Notes: generated by a model from the sequence alone, not told the origin. A stretch of 64,000 nucleotides of DNA from Bacteroidales bacterium UBA1216 (GCA_002309255.1 DBXI01000076.1:30946-94945); one strand, 5' to 3'. Positions 28,260 through 36,580 are shown, counted from the stretch's first letter. A program made the numbers and translations.

Positions 28260-29140
28260 CTATTAGCCGGATGATATTTGAGTACAGCCTGACGCAGGTC
28301 TTGTATGTCGAGATGCGTATAGATCTCTGTTGTTGTGATGCTTTCGTGCCCGAGCATCTGTTGTATGATCCTCAGATCAGCACCATTCTGCAGCAGATGG
28401 GTGGCAAACGAATGCCGCAGCGTGTGGGGTGAGATTGTCTTGCGTATACCCGCCTCGGCGGCGAGGCGCTTCACTATGGTGAAGATCATCGCGCGCGTCA
28501 GCCCACGGCCGTAGCGGTTAAGGAACGCGTAGTCCTTGTACTCGGGCTTGATATCTAGCCGCGACCGATCCTCTAGCCAGTAGCCGAACCACTCCGTTGC
28601 CACCGGCGAGATAGGCACCAGTCGTTGCTTGCTGCCCTTGCCCTCAATCAGCATAAAGCCCTCGTTCAGATAGACGCGGCTCAGCGGCAGCGTCGTCAGC
28701 TCAGACACACGCAACCCCGAACCGTATAGCATCTCAATGATCGCGCGGTTGCGATGACCCTCCGGCGACGACAGATCGATAGCCGCTATCATCTGGTCAA
28801 TCTCTTCCACAGTCAGTACCTCAGGCAGGTGCTGCTCGCGCTTGGGCATCTCGATCAGCTCAGAGGGGTCTTGGTCAATGTAGTTGTGGTAAACCAGAAA
28901 ACGATAGTAGTTGCGCACGCCCGACAGGATACGTGCCTGCGATCGCATGTTATCCACGCCGCTGAGCACCTCCACCACGAACCGGTGCAGATCGTCAGCC
29001 GTGGCGTGTATCATATCTAAACCTTTCTTCTCGCAGAACGAGCGGAGCTTGTCCAGATCTTGCTCGTAGGCCGCCACCGAGTTGGCAGATAGACCTTTCT
29101 CCAACTTCAGGTACGTATGATACTCTTTCTCCTTGTTCAT
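28256..29140 (-). CDS. xerD: site-specific tyrosine recombinase XerD
   Basis: N-terminal SAM-like domain (LEKGLSANSVAAYEQDL). Catalytic R..HxxR..Y region (HTLRHSFATHLL..., LGHESITTTEIYTHL). Confidence 0.85.
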   Translation of the reverse strand: MNKEKEYHTYLKLEKGLSANSVAAYEQDLDKLRSFCEKKGLDMIHATADDLHRFVVEVLSGVDNMRSQARILSGVRNYYRFLVYHNYIDQDPSELIEMPKREQHLPEVLTVEEIDQMIAAIDLSSPEGHRNRAIIEMLYGSGLRVSELTTLPLSRVYLNEGFMLIEGKGSKQRLVPISPVATEWFGYWLEDRSRLDIKPEYKDYAFLNRYGRGLTRAMIFTIVKRLAAEAGIRKTISPHTLRHSFATHLLQNGADLRIIQQMLGHESITTTEIYTHLDIQDLRQAVLKYHPANR

Positions 29141-29715
29141 CGTTCGCGGTTGATAGTGGGTAGGGTGGTGCGGTAGTGAAATGGGTAGGGGTGTTTCTTG
29201 CCTTCCAGCGTTGCTTTGCCGTCTAGCACCAAGGTGTCGCCCACGTAGGCTACGCTCATCATTGCTTCCGTTATAGGCAGCACGCTGTAGCTCGTCTCGC
29301 CCATTAGCAGCACGTAACTGCCGGCGTAACTCCCATCGTAGTTCACGCCTCGCAAGAAGTGCATCAACTGCGCCGTCGAGTCGCTCGCGTATGTGCCTTC
29401 AGGCAGAAAATCAGAGGCTTTTCTCGCCTTTATCGCAGCAGTGGGAACGAAGATATCGCTGATGTATAGATTCGTACCTACACCCTCCATCTTGCCGTCC
29501 TTGTTCAGACCCAAGCCCTTCGAGTATAGATCTAGACTGACTACATCATACGACACTCCCTCTACCTTGTAGAACGCACCGTAGTACTCCAGCCTACCCG
29601 AAGTCAGTACGCTATCCAGCGACTGGTACGTGATCGCCGGCTGAGGCTTGTAGCAACCCGTCAGCACCAACGAAAGCGACAATGCCATGTATATATATAT
29701 GAATGTACAACGCAT
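29137..29715 (-). CDS. hypothetical lipoprotein
   Basis: Lipobox LVLTGC after MRCTFIYIYMALSLS. The ATG at 29715 is preferred over the track's TTG at 29724. 4-nt overlap with the xerD start. Confidence 0.6.
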   Translation of the reverse strand: MRCTFIYIYMALSLSLVLTGCYKPQPAITYQSLDSVLTSGRLEYYGAFYKVEGVSYDVVSLDLYSKGLGLNKDGKMEGVGTNLYISDIFVPTAAIKARKASDFLPEGTYASDSTAQLMHFLRGVNYDGSYAGSYVLLMGETSYSVLPITEAMMSVAYVGDTLVLDGKATLEGKKHPYPFHYRTTLPTINRER

Positions 29716-29720
29716 AAATA

Positions 29721-29748
29721 TCAATTGTCAATTATCAATTTTCAACTT
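29721..29748. repeat. heptad array (minus strand AAGTTGA|AAATTGA|TAATTGA|CAATTGA)
   Basis: Plus strand reads tcaattg|tcaatta|tcaattt|tcaactt. It encodes the last codons (..KLKIDN*) and the stop of the permease gene, and it fills the spacer to the next gene. Confidence 0.9.
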
Positions 29749-30948
29749 TCTCGCGGGTATCCACGCCGCCAATGCTCCGAGCAGCAGCACAGCGGTCAAC
29801 ACGATTAGCACATCCATCGCCTGGACGCTTACGGGGTAGGCCGACAGTACGTAGTTCATGCCGTTGCCGAGTTTGAGCAGCCCGAACTGCTGCTGCAGCG
29901 CGCACACTGTCACACCAATCACCGCCCCAACCAGCGCGCCGAACGCGCTGATCAGCCAACCCTCGTACAGGAAGATGCGGCGGATCATCGGCTCGTCGGC
30001 ACCTAAGGTGTGCAGCAGACGAATATCCTCTTTCTTGTCCAAGATCAGCATCGATAGCGAGCTGATGATATTAAAGCTGGCTATCAGCAGGATGAACACC
30101 AACAACAGTGCTGTCAGCCACTTCTCAATCATCTGTATGCGGTAGAAATCCGCCTGTTGCTCATAGCGGTTGAGCACCGTATAGTCCTCGCCCAGCGTGT
30201 TTGTGATAGCCTTCTGCACCATCCTTACCGATGCCCCCTCCTTTAATTTGAGCTCAATTGCCGTGGCTTGCGATTCGCTGTACTCAAATAGCTCGCGCGC
30301 CAGCGGCAAGGAGATGAGCATGTACGTGTCGTCGTATTTCGTCTGGTTAACGGCAAACACACCGGCGATGAACACACTCTTGCTGCGGAAGTTCTCGTCC
30401 GGACGCAGCATGTTCACCCGCCCCACGCGCTTGGGGGCGTATATATGCACGGGTGATATGAAGTGCGCGCCTATACCTATTGTATTAGCCAGCCCCACAC
30501 CCATCACACAGCGCTCGAATGCTCCGTCCCACACGGCGTAACTGCCGTCGATCAGTATGCTGTCGATAGCCGTTAGCGACTGGTAGGTGGTGTCCACACC
30601 CTTCAGCAGCGCAGGCACCTGACGACCACGGAACTCTACCAGAGCCGTCTCTTCAACAGTTGGCGCAACAATCGCAACCTCCGGCATCTCAAACAGAGTT
30701 TGTATGCGTGCATCAGCCAGCTCGAGCACCTTACTCGATGCAGGTGTGATGCGCAGTTCAGCGTCCAACTGCGAGAACATCTGCTCTACTACCTCGCCAA
30801 AACCGTTCATCACACTCAGCACGCAAATCATTGCCGCTGTCACCACTGCAACAGCCACACTCGATACGCCCGAGATGATGTTGATCGCGTTCTGACGCTT
30901 CTTCGCCACCAAGTATCGCCAAGCTATGTGTCCCTCAACCTTGAGCAT
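29728..30948 (-). CDS. FtsX-like ABC transporter permease (LolC/LolE family)
   Basis: HIAWRYLVAKKRQNAINIISGVS N-terminus, large periplasmic loop, C-terminal FtsX domain. Confidence 0.82.
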   Translation of the reverse strand: MLKVEGHIAWRYLVAKKRQNAINIISGVSSVAVAVVTAAMICVLSVMNGFGEVVEQMFSQLDAELRITPASSKVLELADARIQTLFEMPEVAIVAPTVEETALVEFRGRQVPALLKGVDTTYQSLTAIDSILIDGSYAVWDGAFERCVMGVGLANTIGIGAHFISPVHIYAPKRVGRVNMLRPDENFRSKSVFIAGVFAVNQTKYDDTYMLISLPLARELFEYSESQATAIELKLKEGASVRMVQKAITNTLGEDYTVLNRYEQQADFYRIQMIEKWLTALLLVFILLIASFNIISSLSMLILDKKEDIRLLHTLGADEPMIRRIFLYEGWLISAFGALVGAVIGVTVCALQQQFGLLKLGNGMNYVLSAYPVSVQAMDVLIVLTAVLLLGALAAWIPARKLKIDN

Positions 30949-30977
30949 TGTAGTCTTAGTTCTTTCAGCGCAGCGAT

Positions 30978-31313
30978 TTATTGCCGCAATAGCTCATCAA
31001 TATGCTCCATCCGCTGGATCGTCTCGTCGGCAAAGAACCGCAGCTCGGGGATGATCCTTAGTTGATGGCGCTCCAATGTGCCTAACTGACCGCGGATAGC
31101 ACCCGTGTCAGCTGTGATCTTGTGCATCACATCCTGCTCCTTGTTGTCAGGGAAGATACTCAAGTAGATGTTCGCTACACTCAGGTCGGGCGACACGCGC
31201 ACCTCGCTCACCGAAATCAGCACACCGCCAAACTGGCGAGCATACCTGAGGAAGATATCACTCAGGTCTTTCTGTATCAGACGCGCAATCTTGTGTTGTC
31301 TTGTTGATTCCAT
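30978..31313 (-). CDS. rbfA: ribosome-binding factor A
   Basis: TRQHKIARLIQKDLSDIF...VSEVRVSPDLSVANIYLS is the RbfA signature. Confidence 0.92.
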   Translation of the reverse strand: MESTRQHKIARLIQKDLSDIFLRYARQFGGVLISVSEVRVSPDLSVANIYLSIFPDNKEQDVMHKITADTGAIRGQLGTLERHQLRIIPELRFFADETIQRMEHIDELLRQ

Positions 31314-31374
31314 ATATCCTTATATCTTTTATCTTTGTTCTTTGCTCCTATAGTCTGTTATTATATCGCAAAGT

Positions 31375-31400
31375 GGGAAAAGAGACTAAACCCTTTTCCC
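31375..31400 (-). terminator. hairpin GGGAAAAG (10-nt loop) CTTTTCCC downstream of rpmH
   Basis: 8-bp perfect stem between the rpmH stop and the rbfA start. The U-tract is poor on the minus strand. Confidence 0.4.
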
Positions 31401-31418
31401 TATTTCCTTTATCGAATA

Positions 31419-31446
31419 TTAACTGTTAATTGTTAACCGTTAATTA
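31419..31446. repeat. 4 x 7-bp array TTAACTG|TTAATTG|TTAACCG|TTAATTA
   Basis: Read directly. The last unit contains the rpmH stop codon (TTA at 31444-31446 on the plus strand). Confidence 0.9.
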
Positions 31447-31602
31447 TTTCTTGTGACGTCCTTCGTCGGCTACAGTCAGTTTCTTTCTGCCTTTAGCACG
31501 GCGAGCAGCCAGCACGCGGCGACCATTAGCGGTTGCCATTCTCTCTAAAAAGCCGTGTTTGTTACGACGCTTACGTTGCGAAGGTTGAAATGTACGTTTC
31601 AT
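31444..31602 (-). CDS. rpmH: 50S ribosomal protein L34
   Basis: Manual translation gives [52 protein letters not shown] (52 aa). Below the track cutoff. Classic L34 sequence. Confidence 0.95.
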   Translation of the reverse strand: MKRTFQPSQRKRRNKHGFLERMATANGRRVLAARRAKGRKKLTVADEGRHKK

Positions 31603-31679
31603 TGTCTTATCTCTTTAATTCTGTTAGTATGATCACTGCTTTTCCCACACGATTCTTACGGCGCGCGGAAAACGGGTTG

Positions 31680-31687
31680 CAAAGGTA
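31680..31687 (-). promoter_or_regulatory. -7 box TACCTTTG (minus strand), with -33 TTTG at 31708-31711
   Basis: Reverse complement of caaaggta with a 20-nt spacer to TTTG, inside aaatttgcatatat. Upstream of rpmH. Confidence 0.7.
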
Positions 31688-31814
31688 CGACTTTTTTTTT
31701 ATATATGCAAATTTTTTGTGCAGTTTTTTCAAAAAAGTTGATTTTCATAGTGCTAATCGCCCACACAATGTGACAAAATAGGTGTAATTTCCGATCTGGG
31801 AGGTGTTTATCCGT

Positions 31815-33569
31815 TTAATGCACCAATATCTTTTTTGTATGCCACTGTCCGTCATAGAAAGCCTTGACAAAATATATTCCGGTGGGCAGTTGCAGCGTGA
31901 GGCGTGAAAGTTGTGCATCCCCGGCGTCCTCCAATCTGCCGTTATATACCGTTATCAACTTACCGCTCACATCCAGCAGATAGAGTATATTGGGTCCATG
32001 CGGAATAGACGGGGCGCTTATGAGGTCAGTGGCATCAAACGGATTTGGAATAAAATCTTCCTGTACATTGGCTATCTCATCGTCGTGCCAATGTCCTGTG
32101 CAGTCCGGCATATAACAGAACTCAACGATGGTTCGCACGAGCATGTCGTTGAGATGTTCAACACGCAGGCTGTCAGTAGTGGGATTAAGGTGGCTATAAC
32201 CTACACCCGAATCGTCTGTAAGGAAAAACGAAGTGCCGTTAGTAGCCAACGCAATAGACCTCAGCAAATATTCCCCACTCTCCTCTATACCACTGCATAT
32301 GACCGGCACAATGCGTACACCTGCAGCAGCTGCATTGAGTATCTGATCGTCCAGCAAGGCTAAAGTAGCGGAATCCTCGTGGCAGGGGGCATCCAAAATC
32401 AGAAACGCTATACGTGCACGTGCTTCTTCATTCCATCCGGCACTATTCAGTGCGGCCATTAGCGCCTCGGGGATAGCCTCCGGGTAATCTCCTCCGCCAT
32501 TAGCCTCCTGACGATCGATGAATGATTGCGTTGTAGCGATGTCCTCCGTGAGCCGAGAGAGTCGCGTGAGGTACTCATCGCCATGATCTCGATACACCAC
32601 AGCACCGGTTCGGATCTTCAAACCACCTGTCGCCTCTGACGCGCGCGCTATCACATCCTTCATCTCCGCCTGCAGGTAGTGCAGTTCATCACCCATCGAT
32701 CCTGTAGCATCGAATACAAACAGCACATCTGCCCCTTCAGCAATTTCGCAAGGTTCATCCACTACGATGTGTTTAAGCGGCTCATTCACTTGCCGGGGTT
32801 GACTGTTTAACAACAAACTGTTCCACAATTCTGCCTTTCCCGTGTTATCGGTCATTGCTTGGAAGATCGTATTTCCCCGTTCGTCCGTAAGCGAAACAGG
32901 ATAATTGACCACCGGATAGCCGTGCTTGTCTGTTACAGCCACGGTATAACGTTCTCGCGGCTCTATTCCCCACGTTCTTGTGAAGCGTGCATGTGTGCTA
33001 TCTATGATAGTTGACCACGAAGACCACCTTGCAAAATCATTCACTTCACCGGCAGTCAGTTTCCCTGCCGAAACGTTATTACCAACCGGTGCGCCATGGT
33101 AAACTCCCGCCATGGCTGTTTCGGCTATCCCATCATGCTCCGCCATAGCAACATCCTTGTATACTGTCTCCGCACTTGCTCCACGCCTCATCCCCATAGT
33201 AAGGTAGAGCTTGTCGCCGCCCTTACTCCCGGCAGGCTTGCCCGCATTCGGAACCAACCTCACCTCCATCGTCTGCTCATCCTTGATGCGCATGGCTGAA
33301 CTTTTATACCCCTTGCATGTCACCTTAACCGAACGCACGCCGGCCAGATGCTCAGGAGAGAGCTCTACCCGACCATCGAAGGATGTTGTGTACACCGATT
33401 TGCCTACCCTCACAACAGCCCCGGGCAACAGGGCTTGTGTGGTATCCATAACAATGACCGTAAGCGGCCGAGTACGCGTTTCTGACGAAGGAAGATTTCG
33501 TTTGGAACAAGCATGCGCAAAGCCTGTGCATAACAATAAAGCAAAAATTATAAATGATATTCTTTTCAT
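31815..33569 (-). CDS. vWA domain protein with T9SS C-terminal sorting domain
   Basis: Signal/lipobox (GFAHACS), CarboxypepD_reg-like N-domain, vWA MIDAS region VLFVFDATGSMGDEL, and C-terminal ...GIYFVKAFYDGQWHTKKILVH (Por secretion tail pattern). Confidence 0.78.
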   Translation of the reverse strand: MKRISFIIFALLLCTGFAHACSKRNLPSSETRTRPLTVIVMDTTQALLPGAVVRVGKSVYTTSFDGRVELSPEHLAGVRSVKVTCKGYKSSAMRIKDEQTMEVRLVPNAGKPAGSKGGDKLYLTMGMRRGASAETVYKDVAMAEHDGIAETAMAGVYHGAPVGNNVSAGKLTAGEVNDFARWSSWSTIIDSTHARFTRTWGIEPRERYTVAVTDKHGYPVVNYPVSLTDERGNTIFQAMTDNTGKAELWNSLLLNSQPRQVNEPLKHIVVDEPCEIAEGADVLFVFDATGSMGDELHYLQAEMKDVIARASEATGGLKIRTGAVVYRDHGDEYLTRLSRLTEDIATTQSFIDRQEANGGGDYPEAIPEALMAALNSAGWNEEARARIAFLILDAPCHEDSATLALLDDQILNAAAAGVRIVPVICSGIEESGEYLLRSIALATNGTSFFLTDDSGVGYSHLNPTTDSLRVEHLNDMLVRTIVEFCYMPDCTGHWHDDEIANVQEDFIPNPFDATDLISAPSIPHGPNILYLLDVSGKLITVYNGRLEDAGDAQLSRLTLQLPTGIYFVKAFYDGQWHTKKILVH

Positions 33570-33607
33570 ACTCGTTTTTTTTACTTACATACAAACAAAT
33601 TGTGTGC

Positions 33608-33615
33608 CAAATATA
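33608..33615 (-). promoter_or_regulatory. candidate -7 box TATATTTG (minus strand) for the vWA gene
   Basis: Reverse complement of caaatata, about 40 nt upstream of the ATG at 33569. Confidence 0.45.
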
Positions 33616-33800
33616 TTCAGGTAACCTCCTGTAAACTGCTCTGGAACTATACGGACGATACCAGTTTACAACTTCCTGCCAACTGCCACACATTACAAAA
33701 AAACGATGTATTTTTTAAGAATTATCTTGCAAAAAGTATATTTTCATGCACAAAAGTGAACTTTTTTTTAAGAATATTCTTAAAATCGAAAACTTTTTAT

Positions 33801-33808
33801 TATCTTTG
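33801..33808 (+). promoter_or_regulatory. -7 box TATCTTTG for the AraC-family gene
   Basis: TAnnTTTG match 48 nt upstream of the ATG at 33856. No clean -33 TTTG. Confidence 0.55.
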
Positions 33809-33855
33809 CAGTCTCGAATAAAAACGCATAAGCAAACCCACACAATATTATACAT

Positions 33856-34701
33856 ATGCAAGATAATACGATTCCCCTGTTAGACTGCCCGAAAGATTAC
33901 CTGATTGGTGATGCCAGCGGCAAGATCATGAACGAATACGGCCGTTTTCCGTGTAAGATACAATGTACGGTTTTTGCTTTTTTGGCTCGAGGTACAGCCA
34001 AGGCGACCATCAATGTCACACAGTACGATTTCCATCAGAACGATGCACTGTTGCTGGAGTCTGGTTCGTTTCTGCTGATTCACGAGTTCTCGGAGGATGC
34101 GTTGGTGTACTACGTACTGTTCAGCTCATCGTTCATGGAAAAGAACACGTTCCAGACTCGCCTTACTGCCAATGCGATGCATATGCATTCGCCTATTGTT
34201 ACGCTCACAGCTGAGCAGTCCGAAATCATGGTTAACACCTGTAAACTGCTGATTGATGCGCTGAACTGCACTCCGTCGCTGCTGAACACCGAAAAGATGG
34301 TGAATGTGTACAACATCTTCCAGATGACATTCAACGGATTCTTCCGTCAGCAATCCGAGACGACTCTTCGTCCGCAGGATAGGAAGAACGAGATATATTA
34401 CGAATACTGCAACCTTGTACTCAAGCACTATCACGAGTGGCATCATGTATCGAAGTACGCTGACATGATGCACCTTACTCTTCCGCATTTGTGTGCCACC
34501 ATCAAACAGGTGAGTGACAAGACGGCTGGCGATCTGATCGTTGAGGCCATTATCACCGATGCCAAAGCCAAGCTCAAACTGACGAACTTGCAGGTGAAGG
34601 AGATAGCGCTATCTCTTGGTTTCGATAATGTGGCGTTCTTCAACCGATTCTTTAAGACACATGCAGGGGTGACCCCCAAGGCATACAGGTTGATGGTGTA
34701 G
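33856..34701 (+). CDS. AraC family transcriptional regulator
   Basis: C-terminal double HTH (KEIALSLGFDNVAFFNRFFKTHAGVTPKAYR) and N-terminal cupin-like sensor region. Confidence 0.88.
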   Translation: MQDNTIPLLDCPKDYLIGDASGKIMNEYGRFPCKIQCTVFAFLARGTAKATINVTQYDFHQNDALLLESGSFLLIHEFSEDALVYYVLFSSSFMEKNTFQTRLTANAMHMHSPIVTLTAEQSEIMVNTCKLLIDALNCTPSLLNTEKMVNVYNIFQMTFNGFFRQQSETTLRPQDRKNEIYYEYCNLVLKHYHEWHHVSKYADMMHLTLPHLCATIKQVSDKTAGDLIVEAIITDAKAKLKLTNLQVKEIALSLGFDNVAFFNRFFKTHAGVTPKAYRLMV

Positions 34702-34702
34702 C

Positions 34703-34764
34703 GGAAAGTGAAAAGTGAAGTAGTCGTTCGAGTGTAACGAGATAAGAAAAGTGAAAGGTGAAAG
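34703..34764 (+). repeat. two heptad blocks (GGAAAGT|GAAAAGT|GAAGTAG ... GAAAAGT|GAAAGGT|GAAAG) flanking a small hairpin; fills the AraC-miaB spacer
   Basis: Read directly. The second block ends exactly at the miaB ATG (34765). Confidence 0.85.
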
Positions 34765-36084
34765 ATGCCAAAGAAATTCTATATAGAGACTTACGGCTGC
34801 CAGATGAACGTGGCGGACAGTGAGGTGGTGGCTGCAATCATGCAGACCACCGATGCCGAATATACGGATGATTTGAATGAGGCGGACATTGTGTTGCTGA
34901 ACACCTGCTCTATCCGCGACAATGCAGAGCAACGCGTGCAGCACCGCCTGCGGGAACTGGCGGGCGGCAAACATGCCAAACAACGCATGGTGGGTGTTAT
35001 CGGTTGCATGGCGGAACGCATGGGTGAAGAGTTGCTACGTGATTACAAGGTGGATTTTGTATCTGGACCGGATGCCTATCTTGACCTGCCTAACCTCATC
35101 GCTCAATGTGAGCAAGGGCACCAAGCCATCAATGTGCAACTCAGCACCACCGAGACCTATGCGGATGTGCTTCCGGCGCGCATAGGCAAACAGATATCGG
35201 GATTTGTGAGTATCATGCGCGGTTGCAACAACTTCTGCTCCTATTGCGTTGTACCATTCACGCGCGGACGCGAACGCTCGCGCGATATAAATAGTATATG
35301 TACTGAGGTGCTCGATCTTGAGCGCCGCGGTTATAAGGAGGTTAACTTGCTTGGACAGAATGTTAACTCCTATCGCTGGGAGAAAGATGGCCAAGTGATT
35401 GATTTCGCCGACCTGCTGCAAACTGTTGCCAAAACGGTGCCAGGAATGCGTATCCGTTTCACTACTTCGCATCCGAAGGATATGAGCGATAAGACATTAG
35501 AGGTGATTGCAGCCAACAAGAATATCTGCAAGTTTATCCACTTGCCGGTACAAAGCGGCAGCAACAAGATCCTCAAACTCATGAACCGCAAGTACACGCG
35601 CGAGTGGTACCTGGAGCGCATCGCAGCTATCCGTCGCATTGTGCCTGAGGCCACGATAGGTACTGATGTGTTCTGCGGCTTCCATGATGAGACACTGGAG
35701 GATCATGCGCAGACCCTTAGTCTGATGCGGGAGGTGGGGTTTGACACGGCGTTCATGTTCAAGTATTCCGAGCGTCCGGGTACATATGCCCACAAACACC
35801 TGCCTGATAATATCAGCGAGGAGGAAAAAGTAAGACGACTGAACGAGATAATAGCTTTGCAGAACACCCTGTCACTGGAGAGCAATCAGCGCGAGATAGG
35901 CAAAACGGTTGAGGTGCTGGTGGAAGGTTACTCCAAGCGCAGCCATGATGATATGTACGGACGTACGTCGCAGTACAAGACGGTGGTCTTTCCACGACAA
36001 GGACGACATATCGGCGAGTTTGTGATGGTCAAAATCAGCTCCGTGTCGGCTGCAACTTTGAAAGGCGAGATAGTGGAGAGTTGA
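34765..36084 (+). CDS. miaB: tRNA-2-methylthio-N6-dimethylallyladenosine synthase
   Basis: YIETYGCQMNVADSE (UPF0004), radical SAM CNNFCSYCVVP, TRAM C-terminus. Confidence 0.95.
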   Translation: MPKKFYIETYGCQMNVADSEVVAAIMQTTDAEYTDDLNEADIVLLNTCSIRDNAEQRVQHRLRELAGGKHAKQRMVGVIGCMAERMGEELLRDYKVDFVSGPDAYLDLPNLIAQCEQGHQAINVQLSTTETYADVLPARIGKQISGFVSIMRGCNNFCSYCVVPFTRGRERSRDINSICTEVLDLERRGYKEVNLLGQNVNSYRWEKDGQVIDFADLLQTVAKTVPGMRIRFTTSHPKDMSDKTLEVIAANKNICKFIHLPVQSGSNKILKLMNRKYTREWYLERIAAIRRIVPEATIGTDVFCGFHDETLEDHAQTLSLMREVGFDTAFMFKYSERPGTYAHKHLPDNISEEEKVRRLNEIIALQNTLSLESNQREIGKTVEVLVEGYSKRSHDDMYGRTSQYKTVVFPRQGRHIGEFVMVKISSVSAATLKGEIVES

Positions 36085-36220
36085 AAGAAAACGGAGAAAA
36101 AAAGATGATTTTTTGCTGAATTTTGTACTCAAAAATGACGATTTTGGGCAAAAAATGAAAAAAAACACCATGAAAGTGCATTTTTTTGCAAAAATATTTG
36201 CATATTTGAAATAAAAGTAT

Positions 36221-36228
36221 TATCTTTG
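36221..36228 (+). promoter_or_regulatory. -7 box TATCTTTG, with -33 TTTG at 36197-36200
   Basis: Canonical 20-nt spacing. The -33 sits in atatttgcatat. No annotated gene begins for about 190 nt. Confidence 0.65.
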
Positions 36229-36275
36229 CACTCGAAAACAAATAAAATTTTCATAGTTAAGGTTTAGGTTTAATG

Positions 36276-36309
36276 GCAACAGGAGGCTGGGAAGTTTCCT
36301 GTTGTTTTT
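36276..36309 (+). terminator. intrinsic terminator (GCAACAGGA / TCCTGTTGT stem + TTTTT)
   Basis: 8-9 bp stem, 12-nt loop and a U5 run, about 75 nt downstream of the 36221 promoter. Confidence 0.7.
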
Positions 36310-36377
36310 AAAACCAAGAGAAAAAACCTTGCTGTGAAGACTTTTTTGTTTTGCTATTTTGAGGCAAAAATATACAA

Positions 36378-36397
36378 CGATGCAAGCAATTGCATCG
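36378..36397 (+). other. perfect 8-bp hairpin with GCAA tetraloop
   Basis: CGATGCAA-gcaa-TTGCATCG, 18 nt upstream of the small-ORF ATG. Confidence 0.8.
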
Positions 36398-36415
36398 CTT
36401 TAATGTTTTAAATTT

Positions 36416-36580
36416 ATGGCTAAGAAGAAGTCAAAGAAAAATGTCCCTGTTCTTCCGCAGGTGGTACAACAACCGATGCCTGTACCGGAAGTGGAAGAAG
36501 AGTTGTTCGACCTGAGCAATCCCGATGAGTTTCGCAAAGCCTTTATTGCCTCAGAGATATTGGGTAGGAAATACTGTTGA
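36416..36580 (+). CDS. small ORF, 54 aa (MAKKKSKKNVPVLPQVVQQPMPVPEVEEELFDLSNPDEFRKAFIASEILGRKYC)
   Basis: ATG at 36416, TGA at 36578-36580. Below the track cutoff. Non-repetitive composition with a basic N-terminus and acidic core. The only ORF filling the gap upstream of greA. Confidence 0.45.
   Translation: MAKKKSKKNVPVLPQVVQQPMPVPEVEEELFDLSNPDEFRKAFIASEILGRKYC

Noticed and set aside
28256-29140. Tyrosine recombinase as the integrase of a mobile element
   Set aside because: The sequence and length fit the chromosomal dimer-resolution recombinase XerD. The flanking genes are housekeeping, and no att-like direct repeats, transfer genes or phage genes are nearby.
31603-31814. Possible tRNA or other RNA gene in the gap between rpmH and the vWA gene (also checked 387-752 and 33570-33855)
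   Set aside because: I found no cloverleaf or T-loop (GTTCGAATC-like) signature. The region is explained by the rpmH promoter and 5' leader.
36273-36311. 12-codon mini-ORF MATGGWEVSCCF overlapping the terminator hairpin, as a possible attenuation leader peptide
   Set aside because: It is too short to distinguish from chance. It has no run of regulatory codons and no alternative anti-terminator that I could define. It is mentioned only as a caveat within the greA-leader finding.
36230-36415. 6S RNA or another known housekeeping ncRNA downstream of the 36221 promoter
   Set aside because: The length of about 185 nt is suggestive. However, the 5' and 3' ends do not form the long closing helix with a central bubble expected for 6S RNA, and an intrinsic terminator interrupts the region at 36309. 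I kept it only as an sRNA or leader candidate.
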